In this document: one piece after another, positions 1-9,054 of the stretch
Numbering within the stretch: the stretch's first letter is position 1
Layout of the letters: each line of letters starts with the position of its first letter
Source: Naegleria gruberi
Lineage: Eukaryota
DNA length: 12,926 nt
Strand: one strand, 5' to 3'
NCBI GenBank assembly: GCA_000004985.1
Contig: GG738999.1
Notes under the pieces: model-generated
Told to the model about the DNA's origin: nothing
The model's database searches: none
The model's input: the letters and a program-made list of their open reading frames with translations, nothing else
Position numbers and translations under genes: made by a program

Positions 1-1775
1 ATTTCCGAACAAACAGAGCTATTATATGAGGCAATTGAATAACAAGTAAAAAAATCTGTACAGTATTGACCAGACCATCCAGCATTACAGGAACAATTAT
101 CATAAGAAGTGCAGTTACCATATCCATTACACACATTTGGTTCGTTAAAGTGTATTTCGTTACAAGTTGGGAATTGACACTGATCACCAAAACCTGAACT
201 ACAAAGGCAACTGCCATCTTCTTGACATTGACCATGACCATTACAAACAGTCTCACTATTACTAGCAATTCCATAACAATAATTTGGATCTGTTAAATAA
301 GCAACGAATCCATTTGATGCTGTTGATACAGAAACATTCTTACCATCAAATTTTGGATTTAAGCCAAGGGTTCCAAAAATTGATATGAATTGATTATTAT
401 TATTCTTAACTCCATAAGAATAATCATCTTTTGAGCCTCCTTCTTTAATAGCCCAAACAGCATCTAAAGTAGTTCTTTTGAAAGCAGCAATCACAATATC
501 CCGTCCTCCAGTACTTGTCAACTTGGTGGAACCAATTTGAATTGTACCTGCAAAGTGACCAGAAACGATTATTTCTTGATCATTTTTGTTGGTATCTATT
601 CCTGTAAATACTACATCACCATCAATAACTAGATTTTTAGCTTCAGTAGGGGTGTTAGTACCATTCTTCAAGTAGAACATTAAAAATGATTTTCTTGATT
701 CAGTTGGTATGACCACAGAACCAACTATGTAGATTTCAACTTTTCCTTGAGCCGTAATTATTTTCATATCGTATACATCAACATCGTTTTGATAATTTGC
801 AATTGTAGTGGTGTGTTTTACTTTGAAAGGTTGGATATTGGTTGAGTTAATTTCATAATAACTAAAGAAGGGAGTTTGATGGATGGCCGATATTTGATCA
901 CCACCAAATGTAATTTCTCCATGAAAACTACCACATACCCAAAAGGAAGAAGCAGATGACTTGATAACCTTTTTTATGACTGAAGTTCCAGTCCCTCCTT
1001 GTTGTAGAACTTGCTTTTTTCCCAATGTCATTGAATCAAGAGAGACAGTGACAAGAGCAGCAAAAGGAGTCAAGTCACACTGAGTTGGAAGAGTCAACAC
1101 GGACTTATCTTCAAAGGTTAATATGTCAGGATTCTCCTGTGAGTTAGAGCATTCAGCGTAACCAACTACAATTAATGTATTTTCTATTTTCTGAATGTTG
1201 TCAGCTAAACTTGTTATACTACTCCATGCAACGAACTTGTCTGCGGAATGTACAACATAAACACCAATGGCTAGTTGTGCTGGATCTACGCATAATCTCA
1301 GAATGAATGATCCTGGTGGAAATGTTATCTTCTGTTCAAACTGAGTGATCTCTACCGAGCCTGCATTTCTAACAGTAACAAAAGGCCCGGTTACTGATGC
1401 AGTCGGTGAGAATATTTCTAATTGTTTTGATGAATAGATACATTCCTTTGCAATAATTTCATTTGGGGGACCATACCATGCATACCATACCAAACACACA
1501 AAGAAGGACGGATTCAACCCATCCAATTTGGTCTTTTCATTAAAGAAGATTGTTCCTGATTGAAAACCATTGAAAATACCCCAGTAACCGCTGTAACCAA
1601 AATAGTTTGGATAAGAATCAAACAAAGTCCTGAAATTATCTTCAGTTCCAACAGTAGATACAACTCCTATGACTGGCTTACTCGCCTCAATGCTGTGCTG
1701 AGTACATAAGCAATACCACAATACAATAATCATCAAGGATGCAATTGTTGCTGTCCTTCCCGGTACTATTGCCAT
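1..1775 (-). CDS. Partial CDS with a complete 5' end (ATG at 1775) and a 3' end beyond the left window edge. Secreted protein: signal peptide, then SBBP-like beta-propeller repeats, then C-terminal tenascin-type EGF-like cysteine repeats.
   Basis: Manual reverse-complement translation from ATG (complement of 1773-1775) down to position 1 gives 591 sense codons with no TAA, TAG or TGA. The nearest in-frame upstream stop is at 1869-1871 (tca on the + strand), so 1775 is the first ATG. A run of nine A sits directly 5' of the ATG on the coding strand. The N-terminus MAIVPGRTATIASLMIIVLWYCLCTQHSIEA has a basic n-region, a hydrophobic core and an AxA-like cleavage site. The central part has repeated V.G.F.G..FG and GGRDIVIAAFKR..LDAVWAIKEGGSKDDYSYGV motifs that resemble SBBP/beta-propeller repeats, and a KNNNNQF asparagine run. 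The last ~90 residues hold two full modules (CNGHGQCQEDGSCLCSSGFGDQC, CNGYGNCTSYDNCSCNAGWSGQYC) and the start of a third, matching the tenascin-type EGF spacing C-x-G-x-G-x-C-x4-C-x-C-x2-G-[FWY]-x-G-x2-C. GC is visibly higher than in the flanking repeat DNA. The ORF is probably missing from the supplied track because it has no stop inside the window. Confidence 0.85.
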   Translation of the reverse strand, partial: MAIVPGRTATIASLMIIVLWYCLCTQHSIEASKPVIGVVSTVGTEDNFRTLFDSYPNYFGYSGYWGIFNGFQSGTIFFNEKTKLDGLNPSFFVCLVWYAWYGPPNEIIAKECIYSSKQLEIFSPTASVTGPFVTVRNAGSVEITQFEQKITFPPGSFILRLCVDPAQLAIGVYVVHSADKFVAWSSITSLADNIQKIENTLIVVGYAECSNSQENPDILTFEDKSVLTLPTQCDLTPFAALVTVSLDSMTLGKKQVLQQGGTGTSVIKKVIKSSASSFWVCGSFHGEITFGGDQISAIHQTPFFSYYEINSTNIQPFKVKHTTTIANYQNDVDVYDMKIITAQGKVEIYIVGSVVIPTESRKSFLMFYLKNGTNTPTEAKNLVIDGDVVFTGIDTNKNDQEIIVSGHFAGTIQIGSTKLTSTGGRDIVIAAFKRTTLDAVWAIKEGGSKDDYSYGVKNNNNQFISIFGTLGLNPKFDGKNVSVSTASNGFVAYLTDPNYCYGIASNSETVCNGHGQCQEDGSCLCSSGFGDQCQFPTCNEIHFNEPNVCNGYGNCTSYDNCSCNAGWSGQYCTDFFTCYSIASYNSSVCSE

Positions 1776-1960
1776 TTTTTTTTTCTTCACAAAAGCTTCT
1801 TTGGGAAGTGATGTTGTTGTGAAAACTCTGAATGTGTGTGGGCACCTTAGTAAGAGGTGAAATTTAGTTCATACAATTTTTACACAGTATACCCAAATAA
1901 AGGGCGGCTTAACAGTGTGCTCGTTAAATTTGTAGTATTAATAAGGTCTATATTACCGAA
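1776..1960 (-). promoter_or_regulatory. 5' leader and proximal promoter of the minus-strand gene. It has an oligo(A) tract abutting the ATG and AT-rich TATA-like stretches (for example the reverse complement of 1930-1945, taatataga).
   Basis: Its position is immediately upstream of the first ATG. The coding strand reads gaagaaaaaaaaaATGG. There is no ATG between the in-frame stop at 1869-1871 and 1775. The TATA assignment is by eye only. Confidence 0.3.
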
Positions 1961-2503
1961 TCGTGCGGATGTATTTGCAAAGAAAGCAATGTATGTCGTT
2001 GTGTTTGACGACATATACTTGGGGTTTGGTTATCGTTTCGTACTCATTGGATCTTTATTATTACTGAAATACATAATCAAAGATATACATCATTAAATAG
2101 GTAACAATCTCAGCTATCCAGTGGGCTATAGATTGTGTATAGTTTCTTATCTAATTATTGAGATAATCAGCAATTCCTCACTCAATATATTGCGATTTTA
2201 CTATTCCTAGGGAAAGGTAAAAGAATGATCAGAAATTGATCAATAAAAAATATATGTCATACTAGAGATGATTTGCTATCGATTGGTGTTTCAACTTTTG
2301 GATTTTACTAAGTAATTATTGAATTATCACCGATTAAATATTTAATTATTCTTGTTGGAAATCCTTGCTGGTAATTAAAGAGAGTTGATTCATTCTGTCT
2401 TGGTTGTATGGAGGTGAGACTTGCGGACGCTCTTAAATTGTCGGTTGGAAAAGTAACATACAAAAAAAATGTTGTGATGTCTCCTCTCTCTTCCTCATTC
2501 AAT

Positions 2504-2569
2504 CATCTCATCATCATCTCATCATCATATCATCATCATATCATCAGCATATCATCAGCATATCATCAG
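2504..2569. repeat. 11-bp tandem minisatellite, six units: catctcatcat x2, catatcatcat x1, catatcatcag x3.
   Basis: Direct reading gives perfect 11-nt phasing from 2504 to 2569, with two point variants separating three unit types. Confidence 0.9.
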
Positions 2570-2723
2570 GAGTTGTTTCATAATAATTTTAAAAATATAT
2601 ATTGATTGGAATTATTTGGAAGATGATGTTTCGGAATTGGAATAATATTTATTTGGAAGTTATTATAATGGTGGAGGTGTGGTGCCTTTGGCACTCACTT
2701 CCACCAAGTTGCAAAATTAATTG

Positions 2724-2773
2724 NNNNNNNNNNNNNNNNNNNNNNNNNNNNNNNNNNNNNNNNNNNNNNNNNN
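2724..2773. other. Assembly gap of 50 N.
   Basis: Run of n characters. Confidence 1.
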
Positions 2774-3097
2774 ACTGGGGAGAAAATATTTTACAAACGT
2801 AACCAAGTGCAATTACATTTCCCATTATGTGGGTTTGGTTCTACGAACCTCGGATACCTCTTACTCCAATCTCTTATTGATTTAAGATTTTGAAATTGTT
2901 TATTGTTGATACGAATCAGAAGCTTCTTATTGTGACAACACTTGATAGAAGAATGGGAAAGTGGTTGCATTAATTCAACATATTGAAAGTGAACAAGGTT
3001 CTCATCTCAAGATTTGGAACTCTTCTTCATGAAGAGGAGGTTATTGGGTGGTGACTAGAGAGAAACATTTCCTTGTAGCTTTTCTACTAGTAAATGA

Positions 3098-3260
3098 TTA
3101 ATTGACCAAGATGTTGACCTATAATATGGAAACACAATAAAATTCAATAATACTGATAAATACAGTAGTGAATATGAATGGTAATCATAAATCACTGAAA
3201 AAATCATGATTGGATCCATTTTGAGACTTTTGGAAGTCAACTTGGATGGCAATAGGGGAG
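3098..3260 (+). repeat. Dispersed repeat, copy 1 (family also at 12174-12340).
   Basis: taattgaccaagatgttgacctataatatggaaacac...ggatccattttgagacttttggaagtcaacttggatgg aligns collinearly with 12174-12340 (taattgaccaagatattgagccatactatggaaacac...ggatccacattcatactgtgggaagtcaacttgtgtg). Identity by eye is roughly 70%, with indels. Confidence 0.6.
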
Positions 3261-3885
3261 CTTTTGATGTGGTTAACACTTTTAAAGGGATCTGAATATT
3301 TTATTAGATAATATATGTCATCGTTTTACTTTATCACTAAATGTTGAATATCATGATGTTATGACCTATATTTCCAATTTGCGAAATGTTGCAATGTCAA
3401 TGTTTAATTGAAATATTGCCATCATACCAATAATTGATTATATATTATAAAACTGATATTATACACTATAATTGATATATATATGAATATATAATTGAAA
3501 GATTTGGTTTTAGACATTTATTAATGACGTGGGTAGTTCACTAAGGTAGTAACTTTGTCATGTGACATCTATCTAAGATGATATTGAAATCATTCCAAAA
3601 TTGATTCGATGAGAGTATTTGATGATTATAACTTGGTAGTATTGAATTGGTGTTGATTATTACCATTCATGACATGTAAGAATGTTACCTTTTTGTCAAT
3701 TAGGACAGTAGCTTGACAGATAGTCCAATTATATAGATATTGATTTGTATCACTCAAATACGTTATGAACATCAATTATAAGAGTATTTGTATGATATTC
3801 TATCTTGTTGAACATCTTGATATTGACTTGTCATATATCATGAGTAGTTAGTGACATGGTTAAATGGCATGAATACTGAATGATG

Positions 3886-3935
3886 NNNNNNNNNNNNNNN
3901 NNNNNNNNNNNNNNNNNNNNNNNNNNNNNNNNNNN
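3886..3935. other. Assembly gap of 50 N (a single n also at 4012).
   Basis: Run of n characters. The gap abuts the start of a repeat copy. Confidence 1.
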
Positions 3936-4486
3936 GAATTCTATATCATTATATATCATCTACATCATGTTGGTAAAGTTTCAATAGGTGGTCCTTTTTC
4001 AAGATTTCATCNCTTTTCATCAAAGTAGACCATGTGTGATTGAGGGAAGAAATCTCTAAATATGAAAGTTAAAATAAATTTGATATTCGATGTATACTCA
4101 TCAAATGGAACATTTTCATATCAGGATTTAATATGTTTTGATGAGAAACTCAAAAGTTATTGTTGACCTATTGTACCTCACAACTTCCCTTTTTACTTGA
4201 TACTTTTATACCTACAGACTTGAACTTTTGAAATTTCATGTGAACCTAATGATGAATACTGTTAATGATGATATAAACTATATAATCTCATTAAAGGATT
4301 TTGAAATTATCATTCTTCCTATGGTTTCATTTATGAAATTTTAATCTGACATTATTTACAAAGTTAATATTTTATAAATTGAAAAACTAAATATACCACG
4401 TTATTCTACTCATCATTTCCAATCGAATGATATAAAATTTAATGATATTTGAATAAGTTTATAATTTTGGGCTAGGATTAGAGTTG
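3936..4486 (+). repeat. Satellite-family block S2, copy 1 (paralog at 6566-7010). Its left end is hidden by the gap.
   Basis: gaattctatatca...ggtaaagtttcaataggtggtccttt.tcaagatttc...gaccatgtgtg.ttgagggaagaaatctctaaatatg...ctcattaaaggattttgaaattatcattcttc.tatggtttcatt...tctgacattatttacaaagttaatattttataaattgaaaaactaaatata...tttgggctagg is collinear with 6566-7010 at about 85-90% identity. The one exception is an internal ~85-bp segment that is inverted between the copies. Confidence 0.8.
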
Positions 4487-4794
4487 TTTTGATTTGTTAC
4501 TTCGGTGGCACCATGGTCTTTATGATCTAATATAGAGTCTTTAAGTGAATCTTGGGCTTTTGGAAAGGTTTTTCAGTAAAGTTTTAAAAAAAGTATATAC
4601 TTTCTATCTAGATATCGAGATTTGGTGTATTTGTTGTTTGCGTTGTTATTTGGAAAGTGGTAAAGATTTCGATATTCTTGGATTCTTAGATTCGGTTTCC
4701 ATTCGAAATTGATTGAAGATTCGCTAAGATTCGAATCTTTTTCCGCAAATAAGAATCTTTACCGGTATGAGATTGAATATTCAATTAGCATAGG

Positions 4795-4830
4795 TTTTTA
4801 GGTTTAGATTCTTAGGTTTTCGGACAAATA
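4795..4830 (+). repeat. Weak, degenerate telomere-like tract (ggtttttaggtttagattcttaggtttt).
   Basis: TTTAGG/GGTTT-like units, G-rich on the + strand. It is homologous to part of the stronger tract at 6991-7104, and a ~300-bp insertion of gattc-rich DNA (about 4500-4790) lies in between. Confidence 0.3.
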
Positions 4831-4964
4831 AATTTAACACTACAAGAAAGACAAGTAAGAAAGCTGCTCTATTTTGGCGTATAATTTTTAAAATTACTTT
4901 TCAAAGTAAATCGATTTTATCTACGTTAAAATATTGTGTTCAATTATTATATGGATTGGTTGCA

Positions 4965-5852
4965 ACTTTAAGATATTGATCTATGAATATGAAACTGTTC
5001 CAGATTGTTATCCACATAAAGAGGAGTGTATTCATATTTTACACTAATATGATATTTTGCAAAATGAATGGGATGGAGTGTGATCTTTGTGATGAAAGCT
5101 GACTTTTTGGAAGAATGATATTATTATCATACTGAATATAATTCTAACAGACTGTAAATGATACCATATAATTAATAAAGTGATTTAATATATATGGTAA
5201 AGTTATATAATGATTGAACCTACTTTCATTGAGATAGAGAGTTCACTAGGATATAAATACTGTTGACATTGAACATGAACCGATTGGTTGAATGATAGTA
5301 TCATGAATTGTTTCTAAACTTGTTTATATATACTTAAATGATGTCTAGATTGTGTGATATCAATTTTAGATTTATTGCACGTAAATTGAGTGATTTGGAG
5401 TATAATCTATGATATCATGTCAAAAGTCCATAATAAAGTGATAGAGTTGACAACAGGACATTTACTTAACCGATATTCATGAAATTGATACCATATACTA
5501 ATTAGAGTGTCTACATATCATGATTTTAATTTCAGTGAAAATGGAGTTGTTTCTATCTTTCAGATTTCCATCCATTCCATTGAATTACCACCATGTACTA
5601 TCTACCGGATGTATTTCTTGAAATGAAAATATATAATTTGAAGAAAGTCCACTTTATTTGAGATGTTAAACATGATAGTATCATTTATTTTGAGATTGGT
5701 AACTTTCCCTATAGTGTAATCCTTAATTGTATTAATTGACTAAAAGAGGTCAAGGAGAGATTTCAAAACATAAAATAAATGATATTTTCGAGATGTACTA
5801 TCGATTTCCAATCGATTGATATGTATTTTGTTGATTGAGGATGTGGTTCTCT
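4965..5852 (+). repeat. Higher-order unit S1, copy 1 (about three ~300-bp monomers; paralog at 10640-11526).
   Basis: Collinear alignment with 10640-11526 over ~890 bp at roughly 85% identity, for example gaaactgttccagattgtt / gaaactttctcagattgtt, agtgtctacata.catgat, gaagaaagtccactttatttgagatgt, gactaaaagaggtcaaggagagatttcaaaacataaaataaat, tccaatcgattgatatgtattttgttgattgaggatgt.gttctct. Internally it splits into ~300-bp subunits that each begin with a tt(t)ca(g/t)tga.a...gga(g/t)...ttc motif near 5227, 5533 and 5831. Confidence 0.8.
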
Positions 5853-6565
5853 ATATTCAAGATTTCCTCCTTATCCTCCCAAGTCAACCTTGATAAATCA
5901 CTCTTTACCTTACTGAATTATGGAATATTTACCAAAATGTCTAAAAACTGAATCATATACATTATTAGAGATATGGAACATGATTATATGATTTAATTTG
6001 AGATTGGTAACTTGGCTGATTCACTTGTTCATTTGAGGGAGAGTTTACCACCATTTAGATATTAGAGATATTTCCAATTAGAATGAATGATATTTTCGAT
6101 GACTACTCATCATTTGCAACATTTTCATATGTGTTTTATTGACTGGAGTGATGTTTTTGATATCTTGATTTTCACCTTTCAATCCTTAAAGTCAACCTTA
6201 AGATATCAACCTTTACCTTACTATATTGTCAAATTACATTTTAAAACTCTAAAATTGAATTCTATTACATTATTTGAGTTGTTAAACATGATGGAAGTGT
6301 TTCATAGAGAGGTCATTTTCCAGATTTTCATCCATGTCCATAGTTGACTAGATGGTATGAAAGGGATGAAATCTTGATTATGAAAGTTAAAATAAACTTG
6401 ATATTCAATCTCTACACATCTAATGGAGCATGTACATGTGTAATTTGCTGATTGAAGTGATGTTTTTGATTGACTTGATCTGACTTGTCTTTCCTTTCAG
6501 TCAACTTTGTAAAATCAACATTTACTTTCCTATGGTACCATTTCTGATTCTTATGATATGAAATT
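5853..6565 (+). repeat. Degenerate tandem monomers of the same ~300-bp satellite family, linking S1 copy 1 to S2 copy 2.
   Basis: Monomer-start motifs ttgattgaggatgtggttctct (5831), ttgactggagtgatgtttttgat (6129) and ttgctgattgaagtgatgtttttgat (6445) give spacings of 298 and 316 bp. Shared internal motifs include caagatttcc.cc, agtcaacctt, gaaattgaattctat, tttgag.tgttaaacatgat and gagattggtaactt. Confidence 0.55.
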
Positions 6566-7010
6566 GAATTCTATATCACTATAGATCATATAAATCATTT
6601 TGGTAAAGTTTCAATAGGTGGTCCTTTATCAAGATTTCCACCTTTTCATCATAGTTGACCATGTGTGGTTGAGGGAAGAAATCTCTAAATATGGATGTGA
6701 AAATAAACTTTCTCATCAAAGCATATTATATCCTGATATGAAAATGTTCCATTTGATGAGTAAACATCGAATATCAAATTTATTTTGACATTTATATTAA
6801 TGTTGTTAGGGAAGATATATACTATATAATCTCATTAAAGGATTTTGAAATTATCATTCTTCGTATGGTTTCATTTTATAGTTTTTAATCTGACATTATT
6901 TACAAAGTTAATATTTTATAAATTGAAAAACTAAATATAATACATTGTTCTACTCATCATTTACAATCGAATGATATAATATTCAATAATTTGGGCTAGG
7001 GTTTGAACTT
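6566..7010 (+). repeat. Satellite-family block S2, copy 2.
   Basis: See 3936-4486. A third partial match to the variable segment lies at 6378-6440. Confidence 0.8.
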
Positions 7011-7104
7011 TGAAACATTGGGTCTGGTATTTCAACTTTAGGTTCAAAGGTTTAGATTTTTAGGCTTGGGTTTTTAGGCTTTGGGTTGGTGGGGTTTGGG
7101 TGAG
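6991..7104 (+). repeat. Degenerate interstitial telomere-like tract (tagggttt, ggtttag, tttttaggc, gggtttttaggc, tttgggttggtggggtttgggtgag).
   Basis: Clustered G3T2-3 and TTTAGG-like units, G-rich on the + strand. The tract ends exactly where duplicated unit A begins. Confidence 0.5.
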
Positions 7105-8558
7105 TTTTATACACTTTCATACAATAGAGTGATATTGAAATGTACCCTTTGATATTTCTGGATGGGTAGCATGATTTAGTGATGATTCCGACAATAAAAA
7201 TCATGTATTGTTCATATAATTATCAAGATATTGTATAATTTATTAAATATAAAGTGGGTAATATTGAATATTCTTTGTAGGAGCGGAAGCACTTACTCTT
7301 GTCAGTTGGAGTCAGTACTGTATTAAGGTTCATTTAAGGAATCTTAAAAAAATACAATAACAACTCACCTACATCAATATCATCAAGTTATCATCTATAT
7401 TGAATATGGAGCAACAGCAAGAATGTATGGAGTTGATTCAACATGATTATTGGATTGGAGAGATGGCAAAAATATTGCTATCATTGTATTTGTCAAGTTG
7501 GAAGTACCCTCAGGATCATCAGCAAGGTTTCCTCTTCTCTTCTTGTTTGAGAGAGGTTTTTCATCAACAAGATGGTCATCTTCTTCATTGGAATGGTTGC
7601 TTTATTATTAAGGACTGAGAGTAGCGTTTTTAGATTTATTTTGATGAAATAAATCACAATTTATTACGCACAAAACATCAAGAACAACAAGAACAATGAT
7701 ACACCATCATCAATCAGTGAATTGGCCATCATCATTATTGTATAATTTCTTGGAATTTATTGGATTAATAGTAATTTATGGATTATTTGGTGGAATTACT
7801 ATCCTATTGAAGATGGAACATCAGCAACATCATCAAGATGATCTTCAATTTGGATAGTATTGTTTTCGGAGTGGTTTCACTCTTTTTGTGGGCTCTTTCA
7901 ACATACCATCATCCATCATCAGAATGGTCATCATCTTGTTGAGGGGAATATGTTCAACCTTGTTTTGGAAGGTAGAATATCGTACCACCACTCTACTCTC
8001 CTATTTTGATTAGATTGGTGGAGGTGCCACCACCTATTCATACTCTACATCAGTTGAATCTTCCCTCCATCATTTGGTGAGGGACCAACTTCTCCCTTCC
8101 ATATTGTTTAATAAATTATTGTTATTATCATATAATGATACAATTCTTGTTGTTGTTTGTTGTTAATTGTTGTTGTTAATAGTAACCGACAATTCCCCCT
8201 TAATAGTCATACAACCACTTGGTTATTCATATAAAGCATTTCTAGAAATTAAAAGCTATAGCACTGTTGGTTCAGTGGTTGTATGTTGGAGCGTCAATTA
8301 AGGGACTAGTGATCGATTCAAGGTGATTTTACTAACTTATTCATTTTTACCACCTTATTTTTTTAGATCTTCCTTAATACTTGACAATTTTAAAAGATAT
8401 TGATATCACATATACAATACTACATATAAACAACTCTATGTCAATTTCAATTGATTTAGTCAAGTATTCATTGAGAAAGAGTATGATCTGTGACATGATG
8501 TATTGACAACTTTACAAATATTGATTTAAACAATATGGTTATCTAGAAGAGTCTTATA
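7076..8558 (+). repeat. Duplicated ~1.5 kb unit, copy A (right end lost in the gap at 8559).
   Basis: About 99% identical to 9058-10553. The offset is 1982 bp at the left and grows to 1995 through a +3 (CTT) indel at 7537/9519, a +9 indel in the CAA run at 7690/9672, and a +1 indel at 7866/9848. Substitutions include gattagattgg vs gattggattgg and ggtgccaccacctattc vs ggtgtcaccacctgttc. Confidence 0.9.
8261..8332 (+). pseudogene. tRNA-like fragment (degenerate; possibly a tRNA-derived or SINE-like head) inside unit A.
   Basis: gcactgttggttcagtggttgtatg resembles the 5' acceptor and D-arm of eukaryotic tRNA-Gly(GCC), GCATTGGTGGTTCAGTGGTAGAAT. The downstream gatcgattcaagg resembles a T-loop (GGTTCGATTCC). 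No complementary 3' acceptor strand or convincing anticodon stem is present, so it is not an intact tRNA. Confidence 0.3.
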
Positions 8559-8608
8559 NNNNNNNNNNNNNNNNNNNNNNNNNNNNNNNNNNNNNNNNNN
8601 NNNNNNNN
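8559..8608. other. Assembly gap of 50 N.
   Basis: Run of n characters. It truncates copy A of the duplicated unit. Confidence 1.
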
Positions 8609-9054
8609 GACAGTCACATGGTTTTGGTGATTTTATCCACCTCTTTCTAGACAATTAAATTTAAAAATATCAAATGTTCTATTTATTATATAATAATTAT
8701 CTACATAATTAGTTTTGACTGAATCGGTCTAGAAAAAAAGTTATGTTTAAAAAACTATTTCAACTTTAATATTTATTTTCTCTTTCATTTTTAAGAATTT
8801 TTAATTTTTGATACCCTAGAAAAATTCTAATTTAAAAATACTATATTTCATATATTTTTTTAAAAAAATAAGGTTGGGTTTGGAAATACATACTCTTTGA
8901 TTATTCAATGAAAAACTACTTAACCATTCATTATGATATCTTACAAACTTGTTCTATACATTTAGGAGGAGCTACCCTGAAAGGATGACATCTTTAAATC
9001 AAATATTCATCGAACTATAAGGCACAGGTTTGAAAGACAAATATTGAAAGTTAG

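Noticed and set aside
1857-2096. 79-aa + strand ORF (MKFSSYNFYTVYPNKGRLNSV...)
   Set aside because: It lies in the 5' flank and promoter of the minus-strand gene. It is hydrophobic and low-complexity with no recognisable motifs, and its size is within what AT-rich non-coding DNA yields by chance.
2308-2802. Three short ORFs (2308-2502 minus, 2408-2605 plus, 2602-2802 plus)
   Set aside because: They overlap each other and the 11-bp minisatellite. The last reads through the 50-N gap (translated as X). They are not credible coding sequence.
3055-3279. 74-aa minus-strand ORF
   Set aside because: It is entirely inside dispersed repeat copy 3098-3260. The paralogous copy at 12174-12340 does not preserve the frame.
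4670-4745. Possible tRNA, because of T-loop-like gattcgaatc and ttcgaaatt
   Set aside because: They are part of a run of gattc-containing short direct repeats. No acceptor or anticodon stem complementarity could be found by eye.
6087-6347. 86-aa + strand ORF
   Set aside because: It spans degenerate 300-bp satellite monomers. Neighbouring monomers are interrupted by stops in the same frame.
7062-7090. Nematode telomere repeat TTAGGC (two occurrences in tttttaggcttgggtttttaggctttggg)
   Set aside because: Only two non-adjacent hexamers sit inside a GGGTTT-type degenerate tract. That is insufficient to call a nematode-type telomere.
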